A stretch of DNA of 63,829 nucleotides, counting the filler, from Pirum gemmata (lineage: Eukaryota), in the NCBI GenBank assembly GCA_002812295.1. It is 10 parts of 10 records of this genome, joined end to end, with 100 filler letters (N's around TTAATTAATTAA, not from the genome) between each part and the next. Parts side by side here need not be neighbours in the genome. Positions count along the whole stretch, not along the records: positions 19,329 to 25,642 come from PDIN01000283.1; positions 25,743 to 32,131 come from PDIN01000284.1; positions 32,232 to 38,573 come from PDIN01000285.1; 7 more parts are not named here. One strand, 5' to 3'. The position numbers were made by a program, and so were the translations under genes. This document shows positions 23,709 through 34,899 of this stretch, in pieces (position 1 is the stretch's first letter; each line of letters starts with the position of its first letter). The notes under the pieces were generated by a model. That model saw only the letters and a list, made by a program, of their open reading frames with translations, was not told the DNA's origin and ran no database searches.

Positions 23709-24065
23709 ATTGTATTATTGTATTATTGTATTATTGTATTATTGTATTATTGTATTATTGTATTATTGTATTATTGTATTATTGTATTATTGTATTATTG
23801 TATTCTTGTATTCTTGTATTATTGTATTATTGTATTATTGTATTATTGTATTATTGTATTATTGTATTNNNNNNNNNNNNNNNNNNNNNNNNNNNNNNNN
23901 NNNNNNNNNNNNNNNNNNNNNNNNNNNNNNNNNNNNNNNNNNNNTTGTATTATTGTATTATTGTATTATTGTATTATTGTATTATTGTATTATTGTATTA
24001 TTGTATTATTGTATTATTGTATTATTGTATTATTATATTATTATATTATTGTATTATTGTATTAT
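23709..24065. repeat. (TATTGTAT)n 8-bp minisatellite spanning an N gap, degenerate from ~22610 to ~24840
   Basis: Direct reading. It explains the YYCIIVLL ORFs. Confidence 0.92.
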
Positions 24066-24895
24066 TATCAAATAACAAATTGTTATTTTTCAAATTATAC
24101 TTAATGCTTAAAAAATAAAGGATTAACTTTATTATAAAATTGATATATACATGTGTATTAATATGTAATATTATTGTATTATGGTTGTGTTAGATTATTG
24201 GATTATAGGATTATTGGATTTTAGGATTATTGGATTATTGGATTATTGGATTATTGGATTATTGGATTATTGTATTATTGTATTATTATATTATTGTATT
24301 ATTGTATTATTGTATTAATAACAAATTGTTATTCTAATGAAATTATACTTAATGCTTAAATAAAAAATAAAGATTAACTTTATTATAAATTCGATATATA
24401 CATGTATATTAATATATCACAATTACATGGATATAATAATTGCATTGTTATTGCACTTTTTTATAAATATATCATGCACTGTATCATTGCATCATTGTTT
24501 ATTGTATTGTTGTATTGTTGTATTACTTCATTGTATTATTGTTGTATTATTGCTGTATTAGATTATTAGATTATTAGATTATTGGATTATTGGACTATAG
24601 ACTATGGATTATTGTTTTATTGTATCATTGTATCATTATTGTATTATTATTGATTATTGGATTTTTAGACTATGGATTATGGATTATTTATTATTGTATT
24701 ATTGTATTATTATTGTATTATCATTGTATTAGAATATTAGAACATTAGAACATTAGAATATTAGAATATTAGAATATTGTATTATCGTTATATTGTGGTA
24801 TTATTGGATCATTATATTTTTATATCTTATTATTGTATTAATATATTTTAGAATGAAAGCTATACTTTTTCTGAATGTATATTTACCTCAAGTAT

Positions 24896-25521
24896 CTACA
24901 TATTTCTTATCATTTCGTATACAGCCATGGGGGGTAATATCTTCGCATAATTAATATCATAGCAATCAGTATCACATGGAAAGGTAATTACACGAACAGT
25001 CACACCACTTGAGCTCTCACAGCAGGCAATGACAAATTTTGTTACTACTGTACTCGTATTTTTATCTCTCCTGCCGTGATCAACTAGCTTTAATAATTGT
25101 GGATAATTTGAGCCCAAAAAAATGTCATCCACAACACGACCTGGCCCGGAAATAGTAAATTTCTTAGCCTGAGAAGGATCATATTTATAATCAACCCAAA
25201 CACACTCCCGCCTGCATTTGTCCGGAGTTGGGATCAACAACATATGATACTGACTAAATAAATCTAAGACTCCAGTTTTCCCAAACTTTTTCCAATCACT
25301 TTCAAAGTCTGGCATCATTTGGTTCATTTGGTTCATTTGTTCTTTGGCATGATTGCATATCTCTTTGTGAATTTTCCAATGCTGTTTTTGACAAGCTCTT
25401 CCACAATAAGCAGCTGTATTACAACGGGAACATTTCATATGTTTAACTCCATTTGGGGCATTTTATGACAATTAGCGCATGCTTTAAATTGTTGTTTACT
25501 TATTTCTGCTGGAAGTGGCAT
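24896..25521 (-). CDS. MYND zinc-finger protein with an apparent 1-nt frameshift (pseudogene or assembly error)
   Basis: ATG at 25521 gives MPLPAEISKQQFKACANCHKM. A shifted frame continues PNGVKHMKCSRCNTAAYCGRACQKQHWKIHKEIC. Together they form a complete MYND motif, with the break at the C4 run 25455-25458. Confidence 0.8.
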
Positions 25522-25642
25522 TATGAAGCATGTGTGTGTGTGTGTGTTTTATGGGGGGTAGGTAAATTGTGGTGTCCAAGATGGTAGAAGTATTAGTAGC
25601 TTTACTTTTATTAAATAAATAAATAATAATAATAATAATAAT

Positions 25643-25742
25643 NNNNNNNNNNNNNNNNNNNNNNNNNNNNNNNNNNNNNNNNNNNNTTAATTAATTAANN
25701 NNNNNNNNNNNNNNNNNNNNNNNNNNNNNNNNNNNNNNNNNN
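25643..25742. other. Artificial scaffold linker
   Basis: 44N-TTAATTAATTAA-44N. Confidence 0.97.
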
Positions 25743-26670
25743 TAAAAAATAATTAATAGTATTAGTAGTAGTGGTGGGGGGGGGGTAGTAGTAGTAGTTA
25801 TTTTTGAATTAATTTATTAGTATTATTGTTGTTGCTGGTTATTTTTTTATAATAATAATAATAATAATAATAGTATATATACAATAATAATAATAATCAC
25901 CACAAAAATAATAGTAGTAACAATAATAATAATAATAATAAAACATTAAATGGTGTTGGAGGTAGTGGTAGTAGTGGGGGTGAGAGTGCGGGTGGGGGTG
26001 GATTGTGGTGGTGGTGATGGAATAATAATAATAATAAAACAACATTAAGTGGTGGTGGTGGTGGTGGTGGTAGTGATGGTGGTGGTGATCGTGGTGGTCG
26101 TAGTCGTGTTGGTGGTCGTGGTCGTGGTCGTAGTGGTAGTAGTAGTAGTTTATAATTTCTTATTTTTAAATTAATTTATTAGTATTGTTGTTGATGATGC
26201 TGGTTATTTTTGTAATAAAAAATAAAAATAATAATAATAATAGCACAAATACAATATTAATAATAATCACAACAAAAAAGTTAGTAATGTTGGTAGATAG
26301 AAACCTTTAAAAAAATAAAAATAATAAAAATAATACTATTCGAGTAATATAAAATTCCAATAAATTATATAATCAACTTTAGTTTATTAAAATGTTTTTT
26401 AACTTAATTAACATTTCAATAATAATAATAATGTTAAAAGTTAAGTATGTAGCTATAGCTATAGATTAAATTATAAATGGTAAAATAAAGTAATAATCAT
26501 ATTATATTATTTAAGTAAACTTAATGATAATATTAATAATTTATACTAATATTAATGATAATTATTATTATTATTATCATTAGTTTTGTGTGTAGATATT
26601 TAAGTTAACTTAATGATAATATTAATAATATATAATAATATTAATGATTAAAGTAATAGTTATATATATA

Positions 26671-26829
26671 GACGTTAATAATATTATGCTTTTTTACATT
26701 CTTAATTAAATAGTATTTTATAGTCTTAAATCAATAATAGTCTTAAATATGGTAAAATATAGTGATATATAGTGAAATTTAAGACTATTAGAAACTATAT
26801 TTAAGAATGCAAATATCCATATTAACGTC
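26671..26829. mobile_element. TA-flanked MITE family G with long TIRs, ends GAC...GTC
   Basis: TA|GACGTTAATA...CATTCTTAA...TAGTCTTAAAT ... ATTTAAGACTA...TTAAGAATG...TATTAACGTC|TA. It is absent from the paralogous segment at ~27330-27360. Confidence 0.85.
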
Positions 26830-26934
26830 TATCTATATATATATATATATATTATTATTATATAATTTTTTATACTTAAGTTTATTAAAAATGTTTAAAT
26901 AATAATAAAAAAATTAATTTCTTTGAAATTATTA

Positions 26935-27070
26935 TTATAGTTAAACTATCAGTCATCTTTTAATTAATTTAGTATTTTATACATAGCATTATATTTTATA
27001 AACAAGTTCAATTAGACACTTAAATAGTACCAAATTAAAGGTTGAGAGGATAACTGCAATGATTAAATAC
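26935..27070 (-). mobile_element. MITE family B, partial
   Basis: TTTTATAAACAAGTTCAATT...GTACCAAATTAAAGGTTGAGAGGA. Confidence 0.75.
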
Positions 27071-27414
27071 TCTTAGACTATTTTTTGTTCAAGCATAGTA
27101 GATAAATATATTATATATAAATTATATATATTAATTAAATCAACTTTAGTTTATTAAAATGTTTTTTAACTTAATTAATATTTCAATAATAATAATAATG
27201 TTAAAAGTTAAGTATGTAACTATAGCTATAGATTAAATTATAAATGGTAAAATTAAGTAATAATCATATTATACTATTTAAGTCAGCTTAATTAATTAAT
27301 GATAATATTAATAATATGTAATAAAGTTAAAGTAATAGTATATATAATATATATTATTATTATATAATAATATATACTTAAGTTTATTAAAATGTTTCAA
27401 TAATAATAAAAAAA

Positions 27415-28653
27415 TTAATTTCTTTGGCAATCAGACCACCATTCGTTTGCAACTTTACATGAATGGCCAGATGGACAACAAGTTATCCCATTAAAATCTC
27501 TACCACCACATTGACTTAAATGGTTATTTGAACATTGTGGTGTTGAAGGAGGAGGAGGAGAAGAAGGAGCATCATTACTAGGACCCTTACAACCGGCCCC
27601 ATGGTTACCAATTTCCAAAGACATAACTTGTGGCTTCTGTCTATTCATTCCTAGCGGAAATTCAAAACAAGAAGAATCGCGTTTATGAATATATTTTCCT
27701 TGGAAGTTGTCATTTTCAAATAAAGTAACGGAATAACCTTTCATAACTTTAACATAAAGAATGTCGTTTCCGTTAAGTTTTTCCATTATTTGGTTATAAG
27801 TGTATTCCCCTTGTTCGAATGCGATCATTGGAGAATTTTCAGAACAATCCGCACTAAATTGAACAGGAGAACTGGCACTTGCACTTGCAGGGCTTCTATT
27901 GTCACTGTTACCACTACCCCCAGTACTTTTAAAGGTGGCCATGGCAGGACCAAAAAAGTTTGATTTACTTAAAGAAGCGCCAAAGTTTTTCCAGTTAGTG
28001 TGATCTAAAGCACCACTCGTTCCAATTTGTGTCATACCTTGGTCAACTTCAAAGGTACCATTATCATTTACAATTTTGACATCAGCGCAGTTAGTATACA
28101 TTTCGTTGCCACCTTGGTGAGTAGCAATCCATTCCCATCTCAAAACACAATGTTCACAATTAGGAACATTGTCTGGAATTTTAATCGTGTGTTCGACGTG
28201 ATCACGTTTAAAATCACCACCATTTCTACTAAGAGAATCTTGTGGAGAACCACAACCACCCCATTCGGCAATTTTATAAAACTCAGAAGGCGTGTCACCA
28301 GCTTTATCCACTGGTTTGGATAAATACCAATTACATGTGCCTGGGTGATATGCTCTAAATTTCATAGCAATTTTCAAATTTTGTCCAGCTCTAATAGTTT
28401 GTTGATCACTAGAAGGAGTAGTAATACTACGACATTGCATATCACTGTCTTTCCAATTTTGAGCCCAGGAATCACGAATGTAATCGAACTTTCTTGGGCC
28501 TTGATTTTCCCCAACATTGTACATTGGGTGATCGTTTGGATCACATACAGCACAAGAACCACCTTGAGCTGGTCTTGGTAAAGGGAAAGTCATTTGACCA
28601 TGAGCGTTTACAGAAGCGGCTAAAGCCAATACGGAAGTAAGAGATTTGAACAT
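27415..28653 (-). CDS. Secreted lytic polysaccharide monooxygenase (His-brace; AA10/AA11/AA15-like fold) + beta/gamma-crystallin-like domain + CBM1
   Basis: Signal peptide ending VNA|H, then HGQMTFPLPR, second His in AYHPG, CEHCVLRWEW and EMYTNCADVKI. Next comes YVKVMKGYSVTLFENDNFQG (crystallin-like), a Pro linker, and QCGGRDFNGITCCPSGHSCKVANEWWSDC (CBM1). Confidence 0.9.
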   Translation of the reverse strand: MFKSLTSVLALAASVNAHGQMTFPLPRPAQGGSCAVCDPNDHPMYNVGENQGPRKFDYIRDSWAQNWKDSDMQCRSITTPSSDQQTIRAGQNLKIAMKFRAYHPGTCNWYLSKPVDKAGDTPSEFYKIAEWGGCGSPQDSLSRNGGDFKRDHVEHTIKIPDNVPNCEHCVLRWEWIATHQGGNEMYTNCADVKIVNDNGTFEVDQGMTQIGTSGALDHTNWKNFGASLSKSNFFGPAMATFKSTGGSGNSDNRSPASASASSPVQFSADCSENSPMIAFEQGEYTYNQIMEKLNGNDILYVKVMKGYSVTLFENDNFQGKYIHKRDSSCFEFPLGMNRQKPQVMSLEIGNHGAGCKGPSNDAPSSPPPPSTPQCSNNHLSQCGGRDFNGITCCPSGHSCKVANEWWSDCQRN

Positions 28654-28993
28654 TTTGTTGGTTGTGTTTTTCTTATTTTGTTGGTTATTGGCTATTTGTT
28701 GAGTTAGTTGATTATATTATACAATAATATAATTATAAGATTTTATTTCTTTATAGATTTTAATAGTTTTTTAATTATTTTTTTTTTTTTTCGTTTTTGT
28801 TTTGTTTTGTTTTGGTTTTGTTTTTCCGGAAAGTTTTTTTTTGTTTTATTTCCTTTTATACTTGTTTTTTAGAGTTTACAAAAAATAATAGTGTAGAATA
28901 TATAATATTGATATTTATAATATATTATATGTAATTATATGATTCTTACCCTAAACCTAACCCTAACAACAAACAGCAAACAACAAACAAAAT

Positions 28994-29026
28994 AGGGTTA
29001 GGGTTAGGGTTAGGGTTAGGGTTAGG
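28994..29026. repeat. Interstitial (TTAGGG)n
   Basis: Direct reading. Confidence 0.85.
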
Positions 29027-29364
29027 AAACATTAAACAGCAACAATTTCAACCAACAACCAAAAGAATAACAAACGAAAACATTAAACAGCAACAATTTC
29101 AACCAACAACCAACAACCAACAACCAACAACTTTAATTGCTTCAACCAACAACCAACAACCAACAACCATAAATCTATAAATAATATAATTATGATAACA
29201 ACCAACAACCAACAACCATAAATCTATAAATAATATAATTATGATATTATATAGTTTATTGAGAGCTAGGGTACCGGTCAGCGCTAAGGTTAGGTACAGT
29301 TAGGTTACGGTTAGGGGTATGGATAGTGTTAGGGTTAGAGTTATAGTTAGAGTTAATGTTAGTG

Positions 29365-30650
29365 TTTTAATTTGATACTCTACAGCACAAGTGCAATAAT
29401 AGTTCAATAATACTAATATAATAACACTAATGTTGAGCCTTAAAAGTACAAGATAAACTGGGTCCAAATAGATGATTCCTTTTGGCTCAGTTTAACAGAT
29501 TCGCAGTCATAAAATGTCACGTGATCCAAAGGTCCCAGGTTCGATCCCGCAAAGTCACACGGGTTAAAAAAAAAAAAAAAAAATGGTTAGATGTAAGCCA
29601 ATAAATAAAAGTCCCATAAAACATTAAAAGCCTCTACGTGAGGGGGTGTGTTGAGCGCGCACGTGAAAGCCTTAAAAGTACAAGATAAACTGGGTCCAAA
29701 TAGGATGATTCCTTTTGGCTCAGTTTAACAACTATAACAGTAACACTTAACTGTACGTGTTGGTGTTATTGGTATTGGTATTGTTATGGTTATGGTTATG
29801 ATTATGGTCATTCTTATTGTTAAAGTTATAACCCAAAATTATTATGGTTAATGGTTAAACTATATTATTAGACATGTTAATTTGATACTCTACAGCACAA
29901 GTGCAATAATACTAATATAATAATACTAACAGTAATAGTTAACTGTACGTGTTGGTGTTATTGGTATTGTTATGGTTATGGTTATGGTTATGATTATGGT
30001 TATGATTATGGTCATTGTTATTGTTAAGGTTATAACCCAAAATTATTATGGTTAATGGTTAAACTATATTATCAGACATGTTAATAGTCTACAGCACAAG
30101 TGCAATAATATTAATATAATAACACAAACAGTAATAGTTAACTGTACGTGTTGGTGATATTGGTATTGTTATTGTTATGGTTATGGTATTATCAAACATA
30201 TTAATTTGATACTCTACAGCACAAGTGCAATAATATTAATATAATAATACTAACAGTAATAGTCAACTGTACGTGTTGGTGTTATTGGTATTGTTATGGT
30301 TATGGTTATGGTTATGGTCATTGTTATTGTTAAGGTTATAACCCAAAATTATTATGGTTAATGGTTAAACTATATTATCAGACATGTTAATTAATAGTCT
30401 ACAGCACACGTGCAATAATATTAATATAATAACACAAACAGTAAAGTTATAACCCAAAATTATTATGGTTAATGGTTAAACTATATTATTAGACATGTTA
30501 ATTTGATACTCTACAGCACAAGTGCAATAATATTTAAATAATAATACTAACAGTAATAGTTAACTGTACATGTTGGTGTCATTGGTATTGTTATGGTTAT
30601 GGTTATGGTTATGGTTATGGTTATGGTTATTGTTATTATCAGACATGTTG
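29365..30650. repeat. Degenerate ~110-200-bp satellite with variable (GTTATG)n
   Basis: TACAGCAC(A/G)-type core followed by GTGCAATAAT recurs at ~29381, 29891, 30090, 30215, 30400 and 30513. Confidence 0.88.
29431..29730 (+). mobile_element. Copia-type terminal-repeat retrotransposon in miniature (TRIM)
   Basis: LTRs 29431-29497 and 29649-29730, both TGTTGAG...TTTAACA. PBS-like GATTCGCAGTCA directly after the 5' LTR, PPT TGAGGGGGTG directly before the 3' LTR, flanks ACTAA/ACTAT. Other satellite units lack the insert. Confidence 0.85.
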
Positions 30651-30878
30651 TAACTTACCCATTATGGTAAAGTGCATAACAAAAAAGTTGGGGCACAGTT
30701 TTGTAACTTTTGTTATTCTCGTTTCAAATACTACATAGCGCCAATTTTTTTTTTTTTTTAACGCTTCCTTATCAGATTATTTTTTATTGCGATTTGTTGT
30801 TTAATTTTATTTGCCAAATTTGGAAATTTGGATCCAAATTAGATTTGATTCTCCGATTGGAATTTAGGGATCCTAATT

Positions 30879-31860
30879 GTACAAGTAAATTAAAAACGTC
30901 TAACCTTTTGGTTTCAGTAGAATTTTTCAGTTTTTCAAACATAAGTAATATAAAAGGTATTTAATAGATTTGAAACTTTCATATATAAAAAAAAAAGGTG
31001 GGGCTTTTAAAAAAATTAGTAAAAAAAGTAGGGCGTTTTTAATTCAATTGAACAGTATTTCCTACCATAAATATATTTTTTTTTTGAATATGGTACAAGT
31101 AAAGTAAAAACGTCTAACTTTTGGGTTCCACTAGAATTTTTCAGTTTTTCAAACATAAGTAATGTTAAAGGTATTTAATAGATTTGAAATTTTCAAACAA
31201 ACAAAAAAAAGGCGAGGCTTTTAAAAATTAGTTAAAAAAGTAGGGCGTTTTTACACTACTTGTACTAGTCTTATACCATAAATAGAAATAAATAAAAATA
31301 ACATACATTTCTTTGCAAGGGTGATTGGCTAAAGATGATTCGGATTATTTTTTTTTGAGTTATGATTGGTATTAACAAGTAATGTAAAAACGTCTAACTT
31401 TTCGGTTCCACCAGAATTTTTCAGTCTTTCAAACATAAGTAATATAAAAGGTATTTTTAATTAAAATAGGTTTGAAATTTTCAAACAAAAAAAAAAAGGT
31501 GGGGCTTTTCAAAATTAGTAAAAAACGTTGGACGTTTTTTTTTTTACTTGTATCATAAACAAAAAATAACATACATTTTCTTGCATGGGATGATTGGCTA
31601 GAGAGATGATTGGGATCCATTTTTTTTGAGATATGATATGTACAAGTAATGTAAAAACGTCTAACGTTTGGGTTTTATTAGAAATTTTTAGTTTTTCAAA
31701 CATAAGAAATATAAAATGTATTTAATAGATTTGAAATTTTCAAACAAAAAAAAAAAAAAGGTTATAAATATAAAAATCAATAAAAAAAGTAGGCCGTTTT
31801 TACATTACTTGTACCATAAATAAAAAATAACAAACATTTCCTTATATGGCATGATTGGCT
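30879..31860. repeat. Four diverged ~215-280-bp tandem units, also dispersed at ~3475-3640 and ~61990-62075 (minus)
   Basis: AAAAACGTCTAAC...AGAATTTTT..GTTTTTCAAACATAAG recurs at ~30894, 31106, 31386 and 31653. Confidence 0.85.
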
Positions 31861-32016
31861 TTGAACATTTGAGGAACATTTGTCCATTTTTTCTGATCCT
31901 TTTTTCCTTTTTTCCACTGCTATTTTACAACTTATTTTACTTATTCCCTATGAGTCCCTATGATTGCTGCTATTCCCATGTTTGTACAAAACAGAACCCT
32001 ATTTTTTCTACTACTG

Positions 32017-32071
<55 letters not shown>

Positions 32072-32131
32072 CACTACCACTACTAGTACTACTACTACTA
32101 CTACCACTACTACTACCTACTACTACTACTA

Positions 32132-32231
32132 NNNNNNNNNNNNNNNNNNNNNNNNNNNNNNNNNNNNNNNNNNNNTTAATTAATTAANNNNNNNNNNNNN
32201 NNNNNNNNNNNNNNNNNNNNNNNNNNNNNNN
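32132..32231. other. Artificial scaffold linker
   Basis: 44N-TTAATTAATTAA-44N. Confidence 0.97.
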
Positions 32232-32723
32232 TAATAATAATAATAATAATAATAATTAGAAAAAGATTAGGTTTTTTTTACCTGAAAAAATAAAAATAAA
32301 AATGATTTCAATAACAAAAAACTGTAGATTTAATTTTTTTAATTTTTTTTTATCTTTTTTCTTCAATTTTTTCTTTTCTTTGTGATTTTTTCAACTTGCC
32401 TTTTATACAATTTTGCAAGGAGTTCAAAAAAAACTTTTTTGCTCTGTTGTTATCTACCTCTCTACCTTTACTACTTTTTTTATAAAGAAGATCCGATCCG
32501 ATCCGATCCGGTTTCTCTTTTTATTGATATATCGAGTTGAATGTTCGGATCGAAGGGTTCATCCAATCCGACCTAGTGACGTTATCACCTACCTTCCCTA
32601 GGTAGAGTAGGTAGGTCTAGCTAGCTCTAGCTAGCAAGCCGCTAGTAGCTAGCTAGCTAGCTAGGTTCCGAGTCAACTGTTTCGAGAACTTAGTTAGGGT
32701 CAACTACTTCTGGGGTCAACTAG

Positions 32724-33390
32724 TTTTTTTTTTTTTTTTTGAAAGAGAAAAGTTCCTGTTTTCCTTGTGTTAGTGTTTTCCTTTATTATATTATATGATA
32801 TAAATAAAAAAAGGAAGAGCAGGGGGTTACAGTTATATAGTTAATTAAAGTTGTAATTTGTTGACATTGGTATAAGTTAATGATTTGATTGCCAGTTGGT
32901 TGTGACTTGTTGTATTTTTCATAATAAGACCATAATATATGGTCTATGATGAGTAATTGTAATTGTTCTTTTGTTGTAGAAATATTTGTTTTTAAAAACT
33001 TTGTTCCTAGAATTATAGCGTTTTAGTCGTTGTTGTGGATATTGTTGGAATTGGCATCTATATTAATATGTAATATTTTTTTGATGTAGGTTATCCATTC
33101 TAGTCTGGTCTTACAGGTTTGCCTATGCTCAAAGATGTATACCGGGTAGTTTGACTTCTGGTAGAAATTCTTTGGAACAATATTGACATTGAAAAGGTTG
33201 GGTTTTCGACGTCCACTGTCTTGTTGGTTTTCTTTGGGTTAGTATCCATACTTTTTGGTATTTTAAGTATATTTTTTTTTGTATTGATTGAATTTGATTC
33301 TTCTATTCTGTTCTACATTCCAATATTCTATAGGTTGTTTAGGTTGTTTTTGTTTTGAGATTTTTTCTTCTACGATATGACATATAATAA
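32724..33390 (-). mobile_element. 5'-truncated LINE 3' end with poly(A) tail
   Basis: Poly(T) at 32724-32740 on plus. The body matches 36280-36430 (downstream of the RT relic), 46150-46500, 47230-47410 and 37120-37235. Confidence 0.7.
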
Positions 33391-33675
33391 TATTATAGAC
33401 TACTATCTGATAGTCTATACATGTAGTTACTAGTAGTAGTCAGATGTATGGATAGTACTGATGTAAGTCAACTAGCTATGATAGATATGATACTAGCTAG
33501 GACAACTACTATGATATGAATCATAATTATGAATTTATGATAGTATCATTTAGCTAGCTAGCTAGTACTGGTCTCTAATATTTCTCTAATAGTCTCTCTA
33601 CTAGCTAGCTAGCTAGCTAGAGTCTAGCTAGACCTCTATCCTGTCATTGCAATGTAGTGCAATGCAGGCTTATAG

Positions 33676-33906
33676 TAGGGGTGAGATGACGTCATTTATT
33701 ATTACCGAGCAGCTGCCGGAACTTTTCCGATTTTATGGTTTTTATTACTATTAATGTTAATAGTATTACTTTAATTGCTATCTATTATAATTAGACTTAC
33801 TATTTTGAGCTATTTAACTGCTATTATTAGTAAGAAACACGGAACTAAGGTTGGCTCGATAAGCATCTGTTCGAAAAAAGTTCCAGTAGACATCTCACCC
33901 CCACTA
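33676..33906. mobile_element. hAT-like MITE family F
   Basis: TAGGGGTGAGATG ... CATCTCACCCCCACTA TIRs. Related ends ATGACGTCATCTCATCCCTCCTA at ~19358-19380 and ~37373-37395. Confidence 0.7.
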
Positions 33907-34368
33907 GCTAGGCTTATGCAGCCAAAAAGTATAGACTTGATAGTAGTGCAGGCAAAATAGACAGCAAAATAGCTGAGTATGGCTGGCAAAATGCAGCAGG
34001 CTAAAATGCAGACCTCAAATTTGAGTGCCCAAATTTGAACCTTTTTCGAAATTTGGAGACAAATTTGGGAACTTTTGTAAACCTTTTCTTTCTTATTTAT
34101 TTGAATATGATTGGTGGTTTATTTTTGATAATTTTGGAAGTTATTTTTTAGTCTGCCTATTTATGGGCAACTACTTTCCATATTGAAGCAAACATTTTGT
34201 TCTAAAAAATTACGTAGCTAGCTAGTAGCTACTACTAGCTAGGCTAGACTCTAGACTAGCTGCTAGAGTCTAGCTAGGATGGGATCCGATATGATCCGAT
34301 CATTCCGATGGGGGTTTTCAAAGGACATGACCCATGGGATTGGTAATAGATACTTCTGGTATGATACA

Positions 34369-34531
34369 GTGCTTTTCAGTTCTTTTGTCATCATAAAATA
34401 TACAATAAATAGCACCAAATTAATATAATATAAATCCATTTACTTTAGTTTGGTATACTTTATTATTTATATATTGATTTAAAAATGTCAATTTAAAGAT
34501 TATAACCCTCCAAATAAATATTCTGAGTGAC
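34369..34531 (-). mobile_element. MITE family A, one end lost
   Basis: TA-CAGTGCTTTTCAGTTCTTTTGTCA plus family A interior. Confidence 0.85.
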
Positions 34532-34789
34532 GATGATTGTTCTTCTGGTATCGTAGTCTACAATGGCTCCATGATACATTGACTCTACAAGTTCTACAAC
34601 AGGCCTAATACAACCTACCAGCTATCCGATAAGTTGCTAGCTAGAGTAGTCTAGAAAGAAGAGCACGAAAGAAAGAGGGCAAAGAACACTAGTAGCTAGC
34701 TAGTAGGCAAAGAACACCCTACGATAACAATAACAACAACAACAGTAATAGTAGTAACAACAACAATAAATAATAACAGTAATAATGGG

Positions 34790-34822
<33 letters not shown>

Positions 34823-34899
34823 GAGTAAGAAAAGTGGTACAAAAAAACAAATAATATACTCAAAAACTTCAAAAAAATGCCAAAAAAATTAAAAAAACT

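Noticed and set aside
23364..24118. ORFs with YYCIIVLL repeats
   Set aside because: 8-bp minisatellite read through an N gap.
29484..29560. Intact tRNA gene
   Set aside because: A-box-like and B-box sequences are present, but no acceptor or anticodon stems close. The A-box-like part belongs to the LTR.
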